A DNA stretch of 64,000 nucleotides from an uncultured virus (IMG/VR IMGVR_UViG_3300035180_002914) (taxonomy: Duplodnaviria > Heunggongvirae > Uroviricota > Caudoviricetes): IMG/VR virus record IMGVR_UViG_3300035180_002914. One strand, written 5' to 3'. The notes under the pieces are model-generated. The model searched no databases, was not told the origin of the DNA, and worked only from the letters and a program-made list of their open reading frames with translations. Below are positions 1 through 11,600 of this stretch, piece by piece; position 1 is the first letter of the stretch, and each line of letters begins with the position of its first letter. The position numbers were made by a program, and so were the translations under genes.

Positions 1-315
1 TTAAACGAATACAATATAAATAACAATTTTGTATCTTTTCTTCCAGGAGTTCTCAAGTCAGGCGATATTATTTCGTTTGTTTCAATAAGAAATTCAATAA
101 ACAAAATAAAAAAACACGAACATACTTATATTGCTTCTGAAGATAATAATGTAATTTCTGTTCCATCAGATATGGATTTGACTTCTATTTTCGTTTATAG
201 AAACGGTGTCATTTTGAGAAGTTTAACATATACTGTTAATAATCACACAAAAGAAATTTCATTCATTCCTGGTACTCTATCAGACGGCGATTGGGTTCTA
301 ATACAAGTTGTCTAA
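1..315 (+). CDS. C-terminal part of a probable virion structural protein (5' truncated by window edge)
   Basis: Frame 1 is open from base 1 to TAA at 313-315. The ending (IFVYRNGVILRSLTYTV...LSDGDWVLIQVV) resembles the C-terminus of the fibre at 8618-11686 (AVFKNGVRIP...LSKGDTIII). Confidence 0.55.
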   Translation, partial: LNEYNINNNFVSFLPGVLKSGDIISFVSIRNSINKIKKHEHTYIASEDNNVISVPSDMDLTSIFVYRNGVILRSLTYTVNNHTKEISFIPGTLSDGDWVLIQVV

Positions 316-739
316 GTTCTGTCAAGGTACTTATGTACCAAAAAATCCCCAGAAATACGCTGGGGATGTCTCTAAAATCTACTATCGCTCTTCTTGGGAA
401 AAACTCTTTATGTGTTGGTGTGATTTTACCGACGCTGTAGTAAAATGGGCAAGCGAAGAAATTGTTATACCATATCTATATACAATAGACAACAAAATCC
501 ACAGGTATTTTCCCGATTTTTATGTTGAGATAGAAAAGAACGGTATAATTGAAAAATACCTTATAGAAATAAAACCTTCAAAAGATATGCAAATCAAAGC
601 TACAAAAAATAAAAAAAGACTAGTCGAGAACGCTATCACTGTAGAACAAAATAGATGTAAATGGGAAGCAGCTCAAAAATTTTGTGAAGAAAATGGTATA
701 ACATTTAAAGTTCTCACCGAAAAAGATTTACCTGTGTGA
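308..739 (+). CDS. gp4: T4 gp4-like head completion nuclease (TnsA-like)
   Basis: PKNPQKYAGD..IYYRSSWE, YFPDF and LIEIKP motifs. Confidence 0.9.
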   Translation: MSKFCQGTYVPKNPQKYAGDVSKIYYRSSWEKLFMCWCDFTDAVVKWASEEIVIPYLYTIDNKIHRYFPDFYVEIEKNGIIEKYLIEIKPSKDMQIKATKNKKRLVENAITVEQNRCKWEAAQKFCEENGITFKVLTEKDLPV

Positions 740-793
740 TTATTTTAAACCTTTATTATTTATAATTCTATGTTCTAAAAAAGGAGAATTCGT

Positions 794-979
794 ATGGAAA
801 TAAGAAAAATTTCAGAGTGTAAAAGAGACTGTGTTGGTCAAAAAATCGAAGGTTCTAACCACAAAAAAAGAACTGAGAAAGGTGTTGGTATGTATGTCAT
901 CATAGAAAACAACGGTAGAGGCGGAAGAAGAACCTCTAGAACAGTTCATTGTAGAGAAAAGGACTTACCGAGAGGTTAA
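794..979 (+). CDS. small basic hypothetical protein
   Basis: 61-aa ORF with AAGGAG RBS. Confidence 0.55.
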   Translation: MEIRKISECKRDCVGQKIEGSNHKKRTEKGVGMYVIIENNGRGGRRTSRTVHCREKDLPRG

Positions 980-981
980 TC

Positions 982-1506
982 TTAACCTCTCTTTTTCATA
1001 GCCTTTGATGCTCTTGCGAATAAGACTTCTCCTTTAGGCGCTCCTTTTATGAAAGTCTCTACTCTTAGTTCTATTGCTTGTTGATGAAGATTGAAAGGGA
1101 TTTTAACACCTCTTTTACTTATTCTTTTTCTTATATAAAGTCTTAAAACAGGTTTTCCTAGCTTTAAAACGAATTTTCTTATTTGACTCCAGCTAAAAAC
1201 AATCCTTTGTTGTTTTTCTATTTCTTTTCCGTATAGAGAAAAGAGATATTGATATAAAATTTTTCTTCTTCTTACAGGTAGATAATGGAAATTTAATCCC
1301 AAAAGATAGTTTGATGACAGCCTGAGACAGAATACCATTGGAGTTCTATCCCATCTATTAGTTTTATCTTTAGCATCGTATGTAAAGAAAACAAGGTTTC
1401 CTGGAGCAAGATTCTTATTATCCAGAGGTCTTGTCTCTTTCATAATAAGACTTCTTACCATTCTTAATGATGCTTCAGCCGATAATTGGTCCTTAGTTTT
1501 TTTCAT
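982..1506 (-). CDS. gp2: T4 gp2-like DNA end protector
   Basis: PGNLVFFTYDAK..WDRTP and GLNFHYLP motifs; TATAAATA upstream. Confidence 0.85.
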   Translation of the reverse strand: MKKTKDQLSAEASLRMVRSLIMKETRPLDNKNLAPGNLVFFTYDAKDKTNRWDRTPMVFCLRLSSNYLLGLNFHYLPVRRRKILYQYLFSLYGKEIEKQQRIVFSWSQIRKFVLKLGKPVLRLYIRKRISKRGVKIPFNLHQQAIELRVETFIKGAPKGEVLFARASKAMKKRG

Positions 1507-1545
1507 AATTTTAAACTTCTTTAAGGTAAAATAATATCAATATAT

Positions 1546-1553
1546 TATTTATA
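1546..1553 (-). promoter_or_regulatory. T4-type late promoter TATAAATA
   Basis: Exact TATAAATA on the minus strand, 40 nt before gp2; gp55 is encoded in the window. Confidence 0.6.
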
Positions 1554-1566
1554 GGAATTAAAATTA

Positions 1567-2301
1567 ATGGCGGTTTATTTAAAAGAAGAAGATCTACTTT
1601 TAGAACTTCGAAAATGTAAGGAAGATCCAAAACATTCAAAGGAAGCTCTAGGTGAAATGTTTATTTCAATAGCAAACAATATGACGAGGATGCCTAGTTT
1701 CTCCAATTATTCTGACCTATGGAAAGCCGATATGATTTCAAATGCTGTTATGAGATGCCTTCTTTATTATAGAAATTTTGACGAATCTAAGATTAGTAAA
1801 AGAACTAATAAACCAGTAAAAGCCTTTGCATATCTTACTGAGATTTGCTTTAAATCATTTGTTGAAGTAATAAATCAGAAAAGACGAAATGAAAAAATAA
1901 TGGAAAGAAGCATAGAGATATCACAGCTTGATGAAGTAATCAAAGAATATGGAAAAAAGCTTCTAAGAAAAAGTTATGAAGAAGAGGAAGAGATTGTTCC
2001 AACATATTATGTCGTTGTTTCTAAGAATGGAAACGATATTAAACAACCTGAAGAAATAAAACACGACACTCTTGTAGTACTACTAGAAGAAGCTGAAGTT
2101 TCTTTTGAACTTTTTGAAAAACTAAAAAGAGAAAATAAATTTGAAAATCTTGTACTCCAAAAATATTCTAAAGAAAAATTTGACTTCTATAAAAATCCGA
2201 ATAAGAAAAAAAATGTAAAAGATATCATCAAAATGAGTGACGATGAGATTTTAAAAGAGCTAGGAATAGAATCTATTGATGAATGGGCAAATGATGAGTA
2301 A
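1567..2301 (+). CDS. gp55: T4 gp55-like late sigma factor
   Basis: LGEMFISIA, FSNYSDLWKADMI and AFAYLTEICFKSF motifs; lies next to gp47/46. Confidence 0.85.
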   Translation: MAVYLKEEDLLLELRKCKEDPKHSKEALGEMFISIANNMTRMPSFSNYSDLWKADMISNAVMRCLLYYRNFDESKISKRTNKPVKAFAYLTEICFKSFVEVINQKRRNEKIMERSIEISQLDEVIKEYGKKLLRKSYEEEEEIVPTYYVVVSKNGNDIKQPEEIKHDTLVVLLEEAEVSFELFEKLKRENKFENLVLQKYSKEKFDFYKNPNKKKNVKDIIKMSDDEILKELGIESIDEWANDE

Positions 2302-3379
2302 TAAAAAGGCTATAATTGTCGGCGACCTTCACTTTGGAATGAAGAATTTCGACGAGAGAGTCTTTGAAGAACAAAAGGCTTTTTTTGAAAACCTTTTGAA
2401 ATTCGCTCATAATGAGAAAATAGAAAATATTTTCTTTTGTGGAGATTTCTTCGATAATAGAAGAACAATAGACATCAATTTTCTATATAGAGCGAAAAAC
2501 GAGATTATAGCTCTCTTACCAAAATATAATATAATCGGATGGGAAGTTCTAGGTAACCACGACATATATTTTAAGAACAAAAGAAGCGTTAATTCTACAT
2601 CTCTTTTTGAAACAGAAAATTTTAAAGTTATATCCGAGCCGACCGAAATAAACTTCTTTGGAAAGACTGTAGCATTTATTCCTTGGATATTACCTGATGA
2701 AACGCTTCAAGAAATGAATTCTGACTATGTTATAGGACACTTTGAAATTAAGAATTTCGAAATTTTGAAGAATGTCGTAGACGAGCATAGTAAAATAGAT
2801 AAAAACTTTTTAAAAAAGATTTATCCGAACGCTAAAATAGTATTTTCAGGACACTACCATTTAAAGAACTCTGATGGGTATATCTATTATGTAGGCACAC
2901 CATACCAAATAAATTGGGGTGATTTTGACACAGAAAGAGGCTTCTATGTTTTAAACTTTGAAACAGAAGAACTAGAATTTTTCCCAAATACCTTTTCGAA
3001 AAGATTTATCAAAATTCTCTATCACGAATCTGATGAAAAGCCGTATAAAATAGAAGGTTTAATTCCAGGAAAAGTATTTGAGATGGATTTGTCTGAAATA
3101 AAAGAAAAAATTGAATTGTTAAAACAAAATACGATAAAATTTATTATAAACGATTCAAAAGACCATCTATATGACGAAGCGCTCTTTTTATTAAAATCTA
3201 ATGATGTTAAATTCGACTTTGTTAATAATGTTGAAGTTTCTGAATTATCAATAAAGATGTCTGAAACTACAAGTAAAATGATACAAAACAAGTCAACAAT
3301 AGAGCTTTTGATATCATATTTTGAAACTGAAAATACAGATTTGAAAGAAGAATTCCTAGCGATACTGGAAAGTAAATGA
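2276..3379 (+). CDS. gp47: gp47/Mre11/SbcD recombination nuclease
   Basis: GDLHFG, GDFFD, GNHD and SGHYH phosphoesterase motifs. Confidence 0.92.
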   Translation: MMNGQMMSNKKAIIVGDLHFGMKNFDERVFEEQKAFFENLLKFAHNEKIENIFFCGDFFDNRRTIDINFLYRAKNEIIALLPKYNIIGWEVLGNHDIYFKNKRSVNSTSLFETENFKVISEPTEINFFGKTVAFIPWILPDETLQEMNSDYVIGHFEIKNFEILKNVVDEHSKIDKNFLKKIYPNAKIVFSGHYHLKNSDGYIYYVGTPYQINWGDFDTERGFYVLNFETEELEFFPNTFSKRFIKILYHESDEKPYKIEGLIPGKVFEMDLSEIKEKIELLKQNTIKFIINDSKDHLYDEALFLLKSNDVKFDFVNNVEVSELSIKMSETTSKMIQNKSTIELLISYFETENTDLKEEFLAILESK

Positions 3380-5142
3380 TTAAATTCAAAAAGATTAGAG
3401 TTAAGAACTTTTTAAGTTTCGGAAATTCTTTTACCGAATTCAAGTACAAAAACGGACTTGATTTGGTAGTTTCACATAACGGCTCAGGGAAGTCTTCGAT
3501 AGGTATAGAGGCTCTTTATTTCGCTGTTTTTGGCAAACCTTATAGAAAGATTAAGTTACAATCTTTGATAAACAATATCAACGAGAAGGAATTGCTTGTT
3601 GAGTTGTTTTTTGATTATAATGGGAAAGAGTATCAGATAAGAAGAGGTCTGAAACCTCAAGTTTTTGAGATTTACGAGAATGGCGAATTATTAGACCAAC
3701 TATCTCATAATAAAAATCAGCAAGAATTTCTTACTCAGACTCTTATGGGCGGAGTTTCTGAAAATATTTTTAGACAACTTATTGTTCTAGGTGCTAATAT
3801 TTCTTCTTCTAAAGCGTTTCTAGATCTTAATAAACAAGAAAAAGAAGATGTCTTTCAAATTATTGCTGACACCGAAATATTTAAAGACCTAAAAATAAGA
3901 TTAAAAGAAAAACTAGGTAATCAAAAAACTCTAATCAGAGAATATACCTATCAACAAGAAACTCTTGAGAAAACTCTAGAGTCAGAACAAATTATTCTTA
4001 ACCAACTTATAGAAGAAAACGAGCTTAAGAAAGAGGGCGAGAAAGCACTACTCAAAGAAGAGCTTGATAATAAAAACAAAATCATTGAAGAGATGAAGTT
4101 AGAGCTTTCAAAATTTAAACCATTGAAAGATGGTTACGAGAAAGCACTTAAAATAAAGGAAACTATCGAAAATAATTTAAGCGCTCTCTCTATAAAAAGA
4201 AAAGAAATAGAAAAAGAAATTCAAAAACTCGAAATAACAGAAAAAACATACTCACATTGTATAGGTTGTAAAAAGCTTGAGTTGTTAGGAGTAGCCTATT
4301 CTGAAGAGGAGTTAAATCATCATAGAGAAAATCTTCAAATTAATGACGAAGAAATAAAAATTCAAAAATCAAAGCTTGTTGAATTAAACAAGAAGCTTAA
4401 CTCTTTAAAAGAAAGATTAGACGATGCTAAAGCCTTGAAAGCGAAGCTTGACATCCATTTAAGTGAAAAAACGAAAATAGAAATTAAAATTAACACAATG
4501 CTTGATAGCTCTCCGAAGGTTTCAAAATCAGAAGAGTCTTTAAAGAATTCTATCTCTGAAAAGAAAGAGCAAATCAAAACCATCTTAACTAAATTATCTA
4601 AAGATAGAACTAAATTAGAAAAATATCAAAGACTTGAAAGCCTTCTTGATTCTGATAGGCTAAAAGGAGTTGTAATTTCTATGCAACTTCCACTTTTCAA
4701 CAAGTTGATTAATGAGTATCTTGAGAAATTTTCCGGAATTTCTTATAACATATTCATTGACAAGGACTTCACTGAAAGAATAATTCTTAGAGGCGAGGAA
4801 AAAGAATATAATTCAATGAGTAATGGCGAAAAAATGAGAATAAACTTTAGTATTCTTTTCGCATTCCACAAAATGATTGAGCTAAGAAATGGCTTTAAAA
4901 CCAATCTTCTAGTTCTAGATGAAGTTCTTGACTCTTCTGCTGATTATAATGGTAGAATGGAACTTCTTGAGATTTTGAAAAGAGAATACACTAACGAGAA
5001 AGATGTTATTATAATTTCTCACAATACAGATATTGTTAGTGATAACTCAGAATTTGATAGGATAATATCTATTGATAAAAGTAAACATTTCAGTAAAATC
5101 ATTATAAGTGAAAATGGAGACAACGGAAAAGATGAAAAATGA
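3376..5142 (+). CDS. gp46: gp46/Rad50/SbcC ATPase
   Basis: NFLSFGN, Walker A NGSGKSS, CIGC zinc hook within coiled coil, MSNGEK signature, LVLDE Walker B. Confidence 0.93.
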   Translation: MIKFKKIRVKNFLSFGNSFTEFKYKNGLDLVVSHNGSGKSSIGIEALYFAVFGKPYRKIKLQSLINNINEKELLVELFFDYNGKEYQIRRGLKPQVFEIYENGELLDQLSHNKNQQEFLTQTLMGGVSENIFRQLIVLGANISSSKAFLDLNKQEKEDVFQIIADTEIFKDLKIRLKEKLGNQKTLIREYTYQQETLEKTLESEQIILNQLIEENELKKEGEKALLKEELDNKNKIIEEMKLELSKFKPLKDGYEKALKIKETIENNLSALSIKRKEIEKEIQKLEITEKTYSHCIGCKKLELLGVAYSEEELNHHRENLQINDEEIKIQKSKLVELNKKLNSLKERLDDAKALKAKLDIHLSEKTKIEIKINTMLDSSPKVSKSEESLKNSISEKKEQIKTILTKLSKDRTKLEKYQRLESLLDSDRLKGVVISMQLPLFNKLINEYLEKFSGISYNIFIDKDFTERIILRGEEKEYNSMSNGEKMRINFSILFAFHKMIELRNGFKTNLLVLDEVLDSSADYNGRMELLEILKREYTNEKDVIIISHNTDIVSDNSEFDRIISIDKSKHFSKIIISENGDNGKDEK

Positions 5143-5392
5143 TACAAAAGAATTTATAGAAGAAGTAAAAAATTTCGCTAACACTAAAGGACTAAGTTTA
5201 AAAGATACAAAACTTTTAGAACTTATTCTTCTTTACTGTGACGAAAATGAACTTGACGAGGAAGAAATAGGTGTAATGCTTTCAAAAGATAGAGGTATTA
5301 CGGCTATTCTAGAAAAAGAAATGATTGAAGAAAAACTTCATAATGTGAAAAAGTATTCAATAAAAGAAGAAGAAAGTCTAGAGGACTTCTAA
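5108..5392 (+). CDS. gp33: gp33-like late transcription co-activator
   Basis: Small acidic protein with LYCDENELDEEEI..LEKE pattern, in T4-like context. Confidence 0.6.
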   Translation: MKMETTEKMKNDTKEFIEEVKNFANTKGLSLKDTKLLELILLYCDENELDEEEIGVMLSKDRGITAILEKEMIEEKLHNVKKYSIKEEESLEDF

Positions 5393-5393
5393 T

Positions 5394-5897
5394 ATGTTAC
5401 CTGAATCAAAACAGTATCAAATCTATTGGTCAGTAGAACTTACTAGAAAAGAAGGTAGACTTGTTAGATTTGTATCTGTATCTGATAAGAAGAAAATTCT
5501 TTTTAGAAATGTAGTAAATGTGAATTTTTATGAGAGCTGGACTGAAAAAAACTTTAAGCTAGCGGCGATTTGTTGCGCATTCTACAATAAGAAAAACTTG
5601 TTTAAAGAATTTGAAAAAGACCTAAGCAAATATAAAAGATTTAAAGATTACTTCTCAAAACCAAATTTTTACTTTTCAAAAGACCAAAACTATATGGAAG
5701 AGAAATATGGTAAGGAATTCGATGTTAAAGACATAATGAAAGAATATCTTTCTAATAAGATTTCATTATTAATGCCATTATTTTCCTTTGAAGAAATTGA
5801 TGACTCAAGTAGAATTTTGAAATTTGAAAAAGAAAGATTACGATTTTTGAGCCTCTATATTGATAGAGAGAAATTGTTAAACTTAATTCAGATATAA
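5394..5897 (+). CDS. hypothetical protein, possibly a gp59-like helicase loader
   Basis: Basic, aromatic 167-aa ORF after gp33; the functional guess is mostly positional. Confidence 0.3.
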   Translation: MLPESKQYQIYWSVELTRKEGRLVRFVSVSDKKKILFRNVVNVNFYESWTEKNFKLAAICCAFYNKKNLFKEFEKDLSKYKRFKDYFSKPNFYFSKDQNYMEEKYGKEFDVKDIMKEYLSNKISLLMPLFSFEEIDDSSRILKFEKERLRFLSLYIDREKLLNLIQI

Positions 5898-5923
5898 TAA
5901 TACTCTAAAGAAAAAGGATATCG

Positions 5924-6889
5924 ATGAAAAAAATTGACAACAGACATTTTATTTGGGCTGAAAAATATCGACCACAAAGTCTAGTTGATATGATACTCCC
6001 TTCTGATGTTATGGCTAAATTTCAAGAGTTTAAAGAACAAAGCCAAATTCCAAATCTTCTTCTTTGTTCGTCAACTCCAGGATTAGGAAAGTCTTCAATA
6101 GCTACAGCTATTCTTAAGGATCTTGAAGCTGATAGTCTTTGGATAAATTGTTCTAGAGACGGTAATATAGATACAGCAAGAAATAAAATAACAAATTTTG
6201 CTACTAATGCGTCTTTTACTGATGCTCCAAAAATTGTTATTATGGACGAATCTGATGGTCTTTCTTCTAGTGCTGGAGGAGCACAACAAGCTCTTAGAGG
6301 TATAATTGAAGAGTTCTCCAAAAACACAAGATTTATATTTACAGCAAACTATCCTGATAAGTTAATAGAGCCTTTAAGAAACAGACTTGTAACTTTCGAT
6401 TTTGATGAAATGTTCCATAAAAATAAGAAAGAACTAGGTGCTCAAATATTTAAAAGACTAACATTCATTCTTGAAAATGAAGGTATTGAATACGAAAAAG
6501 AACAACTTCAAAAAGTTATTCTAACCTATTATCCTTCAGTAAGAAAGATGATAATGATTTTACAACAAAATTCTACTAGCGGAAAACTAGAAATTTCCGA
6601 GAGAATTTTGAATGAAAATTTAGTTGTTGACGAGATTATTGTAGCATTAAAGAAAAAAGATTTTTCAAAAGCGAGACCTCTGTTAAATGAATTATCTGAT
6701 CCAGAGCATCTCTATACTATGGTTTATAGCAAAATAGACAAAATTGTTTCAGAGAAAAGTATTCCTGTTGTTATAATGACTACAGCGAAATATCTAGATA
6801 TGAGTCAAAGGTCAAGAGACAAGTATATTACTCTAGCTGCGTATTGCGCTGAACTATGTCTTTCACAACAAATTGAATATAAAGGTTAA
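5924..6889 (+). CDS. gp44: gp44/RFC clamp loader large subunit
   Basis: WAEKYRP, PGLGKS, IMDESD and FIFTAN motifs. Confidence 0.93.
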   Translation: MKKIDNRHFIWAEKYRPQSLVDMILPSDVMAKFQEFKEQSQIPNLLLCSSTPGLGKSSIATAILKDLEADSLWINCSRDGNIDTARNKITNFATNASFTDAPKIVIMDESDGLSSSAGGAQQALRGIIEEFSKNTRFIFTANYPDKLIEPLRNRLVTFDFDEMFHKNKKELGAQIFKRLTFILENEGIEYEKEQLQKVILTYYPSVRKMIMILQQNSTSGKLEISERILNENLVVDEIIVALKKKDFSKARPLLNELSDPEHLYTMVYSKIDKIVSEKSIPVVIMTTAKYLDMSQRSRDKYITLAAYCAELCLSQQIEYKG

Positions 6890-6891
6890 AA

Positions 6892-8121
6892 ATGGAACTT
6901 ACAAATAAACAAGTATTACATTCTACTACATCGGATCTTGCTTTTTCTCTTCCGGAATTTATTTCTAGAGAAAATTTACTTTCTCAGATTGATAGTTCTT
7001 TTACTGCTTTCACTTATATTCTTAGACAAAAAAATGCTTTTGAAGCGGTAGAAATTCTTAAAGAGAAAATGCGTATTGAAGTCATTGAAAGACCGATTAG
7101 TGTAAATTATACTTTGTTTCAATATAAAGGTTATAATGAAGATGGAGAACTTATATTATTCTTTCATCTACTTTACGACAGAAAAGAAACTGATGAAGAG
7201 TTTAACGAATATGATATTTATGTAAAAAACATTAAAGAAACAGAATTTGTAAATAAAGTATTTGCTGAGTTTGATGTTGAAGTATCACAAACAAAAATTC
7301 AGATAAGAAGATTCTATCAAAGATCTGATGGTCTTTTAGGAAGAAGTAGCAACATATACTATAGACTAGAAGAAATGAAAGAATTTAAAAAGGAATATTA
7401 TCCGTATATTGATGTAGATGAAATGTTTAAACAATTTCTTCTTTCAAACGAGAACATTTTGATAGTAATAGGCGATCCAGGGTTAGGAAAATCTAAAATG
7501 TTGAATGTTTACCAAAGGTTTCTTCTTGAAAATATAGATTTAGTAAAGAAAGATGATAATTCAGAAACTTCTGGAGAAATTTTAGCTTTCTATTTGAAAA
7601 ATGAAAATCTTCTTTCAAACGATGAGTTTTGGAATGAAATAAGTGAAGAAATTCCAGATCTTGTTATTTTAGATGATATAGATTATTACTTGACTCATAG
7701 AACAGCCGAAGTGAATTCAAATATAGACGATCAAAAAAATAAATTCATTTCTAATTTTCTTACCACTACTGATGGTCTATTTACAAAAACTAAAAAGACA
7801 AAGTTTTTGATAACATCAAATCTTTCTACGGAAGATCTAGATGTTGCTCTTCTAAGAAAAGGAAGAATGTTTGATATTATAAAATTGAGACCACTAACTA
7901 ATTCCGAAGCTAAGAATGTTTGGAATACCTACGATTTAGATGAAGATTTTGATAAGTATTTTAAGAGCGAGACAGTTTTACCTTCTGATCTTGGTTCTAT
8001 AATAAAACTTCTTCAAGAGAAAAAGGCTAAGAAGAAAGAAACAAAACATTCTTATTTAAAAGAAGAAGGTATTTCTATTTTAGAAAAAGTTAAGAAAAGA
8101 AAACATAAAGAAATGATTTGA
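6892..8121 (+). CDS. AAA+ ATPase
   Basis: GDPGLGKS, LVILDD, ITSN and LDVALLRKGR (second region of homology). Confidence 0.85.
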   Translation: MELTNKQVLHSTTSDLAFSLPEFISRENLLSQIDSSFTAFTYILRQKNAFEAVEILKEKMRIEVIERPISVNYTLFQYKGYNEDGELILFFHLLYDRKETDEEFNEYDIYVKNIKETEFVNKVFAEFDVEVSQTKIQIRRFYQRSDGLLGRSSNIYYRLEEMKEFKKEYYPYIDVDEMFKQFLLSNENILIVIGDPGLGKSKMLNVYQRFLLENIDLVKKDDNSETSGEILAFYLKNENLLSNDEFWNEISEEIPDLVILDDIDYYLTHRTAEVNSNIDDQKNKFISNFLTTTDGLFTKTKKTKFLITSNLSTEDLDVALLRKGRMFDIIKLRPLTNSEAKNVWNTYDLDEDFDKYFKSETVLPSDLGSIIKLLQEKKAKKKETKHSYLKEEGISILEKVKKRKHKEMI

Positions 8122-8130
8122 TAACTATTT

Positions 8131-8172
8131 AGAGAGATATACAACTTCAGTATATCTCTTCTTTCTTCTTTA
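8131..8172 (+). terminator. intrinsic terminator
   Basis: GAGATATAC/GTATATCTC stem followed by a pyrimidine-rich tail, after the AAA gene. Confidence 0.6.
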
Positions 8173-8552
8173 CTCCTACTATTCCTTTCAAGTATTATCT
8201 CTACTTTAATATAATTTATTAGTTTAAAAAGAGTTTGTGTTTCTATAGCCGTCCTTAGAATATAGCATATAGCATTTTCTTATCTAAAAAAATTTTATTT
8301 TTTACTTTTATATAATAATCGCTAAAAAATTTATTTTTCTACTTTAATATAATACTACACTAAAAAATATTTTTATTAAATGATGTTTTATATACAACTA
8401 AAAAGTTTGAATCATATAATGATGGTTTAGGAGAGGTTTACTAAGATATAGATAACATTTTATAGGTTTAAGTTTCTGTGGTATTAATCAAAGTTCAAAG
8501 CATTTTTAATAAAGATTATCATTATTAAATTTTTGATACTCTTTCATATCTG

Positions 8553-8576
8553 GAGTAGCAGAAGATCCTGCTACTC
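8553..8576 (-). terminator. hairpin after the fibre gene
   Basis: GAGTAGCAG/CTGCTACTC 9-bp stem. Confidence 0.5.
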
Positions 8577-8617
8577 TTATATTATTTTCAGTCTTTTTAG
8601 TAAAATAACTATCAGAC

Positions 8618-11600
8618 CTAATTAGAACTATCTATTATTATAGTGTCGCCTTTAGATAGTGAATCATTAAAGGTCAAAGTAGTTCCATCTACAGACCAAG
8701 CAGTAGAAGGAATTCTTACACCATTTTTAAATACTGCGAAACAAGAACCTTTAGGTCCATTCAATGTAATTTGTGTTTGTCCATCATCCGCAGTTAATTC
8801 TTGTGTGTAAGCAGGTAATTTAGTTCCTGAGGTTATTAGACCTTTACTATTGACTGTGATGTAATTATAAGATCCGGCTGTAACTACATCAGGAAGCGTA
8901 GCTGTAGCACTAATATCACTTGAACCATCAAATGTTGGAGTAGTAAATGATATATCTCCAGTAACTTTTAAAACTCTACCTGTAGCCAATTTAGACGGTA
9001 TATATGAATTAATAGCACCTGTTACAAACGCTGTAGTAGCTATTTGGGTTGTATTTGTTCCAGAATCAGCTGTTGGTGCTACTGGTGTACCTGTAAATGA
9101 AGGCGAATCAATAGGAGCTTTAGTACCTACTACATTAGTTAAAGCTGAAACAGTTGATTCGTCTTTTGATAGTTGGTCGGCTATTTCTTTTAGTGTATCT
9201 AGTGTAGAAGGAGCTGAATTAACTAGATTAGCTATAGCTGTGTCAGTATAAGATTTAGCTGAAGATAGTGTACTAGTGTCTTTATTATCAACATCCGTTT
9301 TAGTATAAGCATCTGTTATACCATAACCACTTACAGTAGTTGGTTTATTTAGTATTTGGGCTACACCACTAGTAGCAGACCAATCAGAGTTTACTTGCGG
9401 TTGATTATTGTAATTATCACTTACCCATTTCTTAGTATCAGATATAGCACCAGCTACAAATTTTGTAGTAGCTATTTGATCTGTATTAGTACTAGAGTCG
9501 GCTGTTGGTGCTATTGGTGTTCCTGTAAATGTAGGAGAGCTGATTGGAGCTTTAGCACTTAGAGCTGTATCTACATCAGTCTTTGAATAAACATCTGTAA
9601 TACCATATCCTGCTACTGTAGTAGGTTTATTTAGTATTTGAGCTACACCACTAGTAGCGCTCCAGTCGGCATTTACTTGAGATTTTCCATTACCATAATT
9701 ATCATTTACCCACTTTTTAGTATCAGATATTGCGCCAGAAACGAATTCTGTAGTAGCTATTTGAGTAGTATTATCTCCAGATGTTGGTGTAGGCGCTTTA
9801 GGTGTGCCTGTAAATGTAGGTGAGTCTAATGGTGCTTTAGTTCCTACCACATTTGTAAGAGCGGAAACTGCTGATTCATCATTTGTAAGTTGATCAGCTA
9901 TTTCTTTTAGTGTGTCTAACGTTGATGGAGCAGAATTTACTAGATTAGCTATAGCTGTATCTGTATAAGATTTAGCTGAAGATAAAGTACTAGAATCTTT
10001 ATTATCAACATCAGTTTTAGTGTAAGCATCAGTAATACCATATCCAGCAATAGTAGTAGGCTTGTTTAGTATTTGAGCAACACCACTAGTAGCACTCCAA
10101 TCTGAACTTACTTGAGGTAGAGCGCCAGCAAAAGGCTGTTTACTAATCCAAGTTTTTGTATCTGAAATAGCTCCAGAAACAAATTTTGTAGTAGCTACTT
10201 GGTCTGTATTAGTACTAGCGTCTGCTGTTGGTGCTATTGGTGTTCCTGTGAATGTAGGAGAGTCTATAGGTGCTTTAGCACTTAGAGCTGTATCTACATC
10301 AGATTTAGTATAAGCGTCTGTAATACCATAACCAGCAATAGTAGTTGGCTTATTAAGAATTTGAGCTACACCACTAGTAGCCGACCAGTCGGAATTTACT
10401 TGAGTTTTATCATCACCATAGTTATCATTTACCCATTTCTTAGTATCAGAAATAGCACCTGCGACAAATTTTGTAGTAGCTAATTGATCTGTATTTGTAC
10501 TAGCATCTGCTGTTGGAGCAGTTGGAGTTCCAGTGAACGCAGGAGAGTCTAATGGAGCTTTAGTACCTACTACATTAGTTAAAGCGGAAACACCAGACTC
10601 GTCTTTTGACATTTGATCAGCTATTTCTTTCAGAGTATCTAGTGTAGAAGGAGCTGAGTCAACTAGATTAGCTATTGCTGTATCTGTATAAGATTTAGCT
10701 GATGATAGTGTACTAGAGTCTTTATTATCTACATCTGTTTTTGTATAAGCATCAGTAATACCATATCCAGCAATAGTGGTAGGTTTATTCAAAATTTGGG
10801 CTACACCACTAGTAGCACTCCAATCCGAACTTACTTGCGGTAAAGCATTATAGAAAGGTTGTTTGCTAATCCAAGTTTTAGTATCTGATATAGCTCCAGA
10901 TACAAATTTTGTAGTAGCTAATTGATCTGTATTAGTACTAGCATCTGGAGTTGGTGCTATCGGTGTTCCTGTAAATGTAGGAGAGTCAATTGGAGCTTTA
11001 CTTTTTAGCGCAGTATCAACATCAGATTTTGTGTAAGAGTCTGTGATACCATAACCAGCTACTGTAGTAGGTTTATTGAGTATTTGGGCTACTCCGCTTG
11101 TTGCTGTCCAATCAGAACTTACTTGTGGTAAAGCGTTATAGAAAGGCTGTTTACTTATCCAAGTTTTTGTATCTGAAATAGCTCCTGTAACAAATTTTGT
11201 AGTAGCTATTTGGTCTGTATTAGTAGTAGCATCAGCTGTTGGAGCTACAGGAGTTCCTGTGAATGAAGGCGAATCAATAGGAGCTTTAGTACCTACCACA
11301 TTAGTTAAAGCTGAAACAGTTGATTCATCGTGTGATAGTTGATCAGCTATTTCTTTCAAAGTATCTAGTGTAGATGGAGCTGAATTAACTAGATTAGCTA
11401 TTGCTGTATCTGTATAAGATTTAGCTGATGAAAGAGTACTAGAGTCTTTATTATCAACATCAGTTTTAGTGTAAGCATCAGTAATACCATATCCAGCAAT
11501 AGTAGTAGGCTTGTTTAGTATTTGAGCAGCACCACTAGTAGCTGTCCAGTCAGGATTTACTTGGACGTGGTCATTACTATAATTATCACTTACCCATTTC

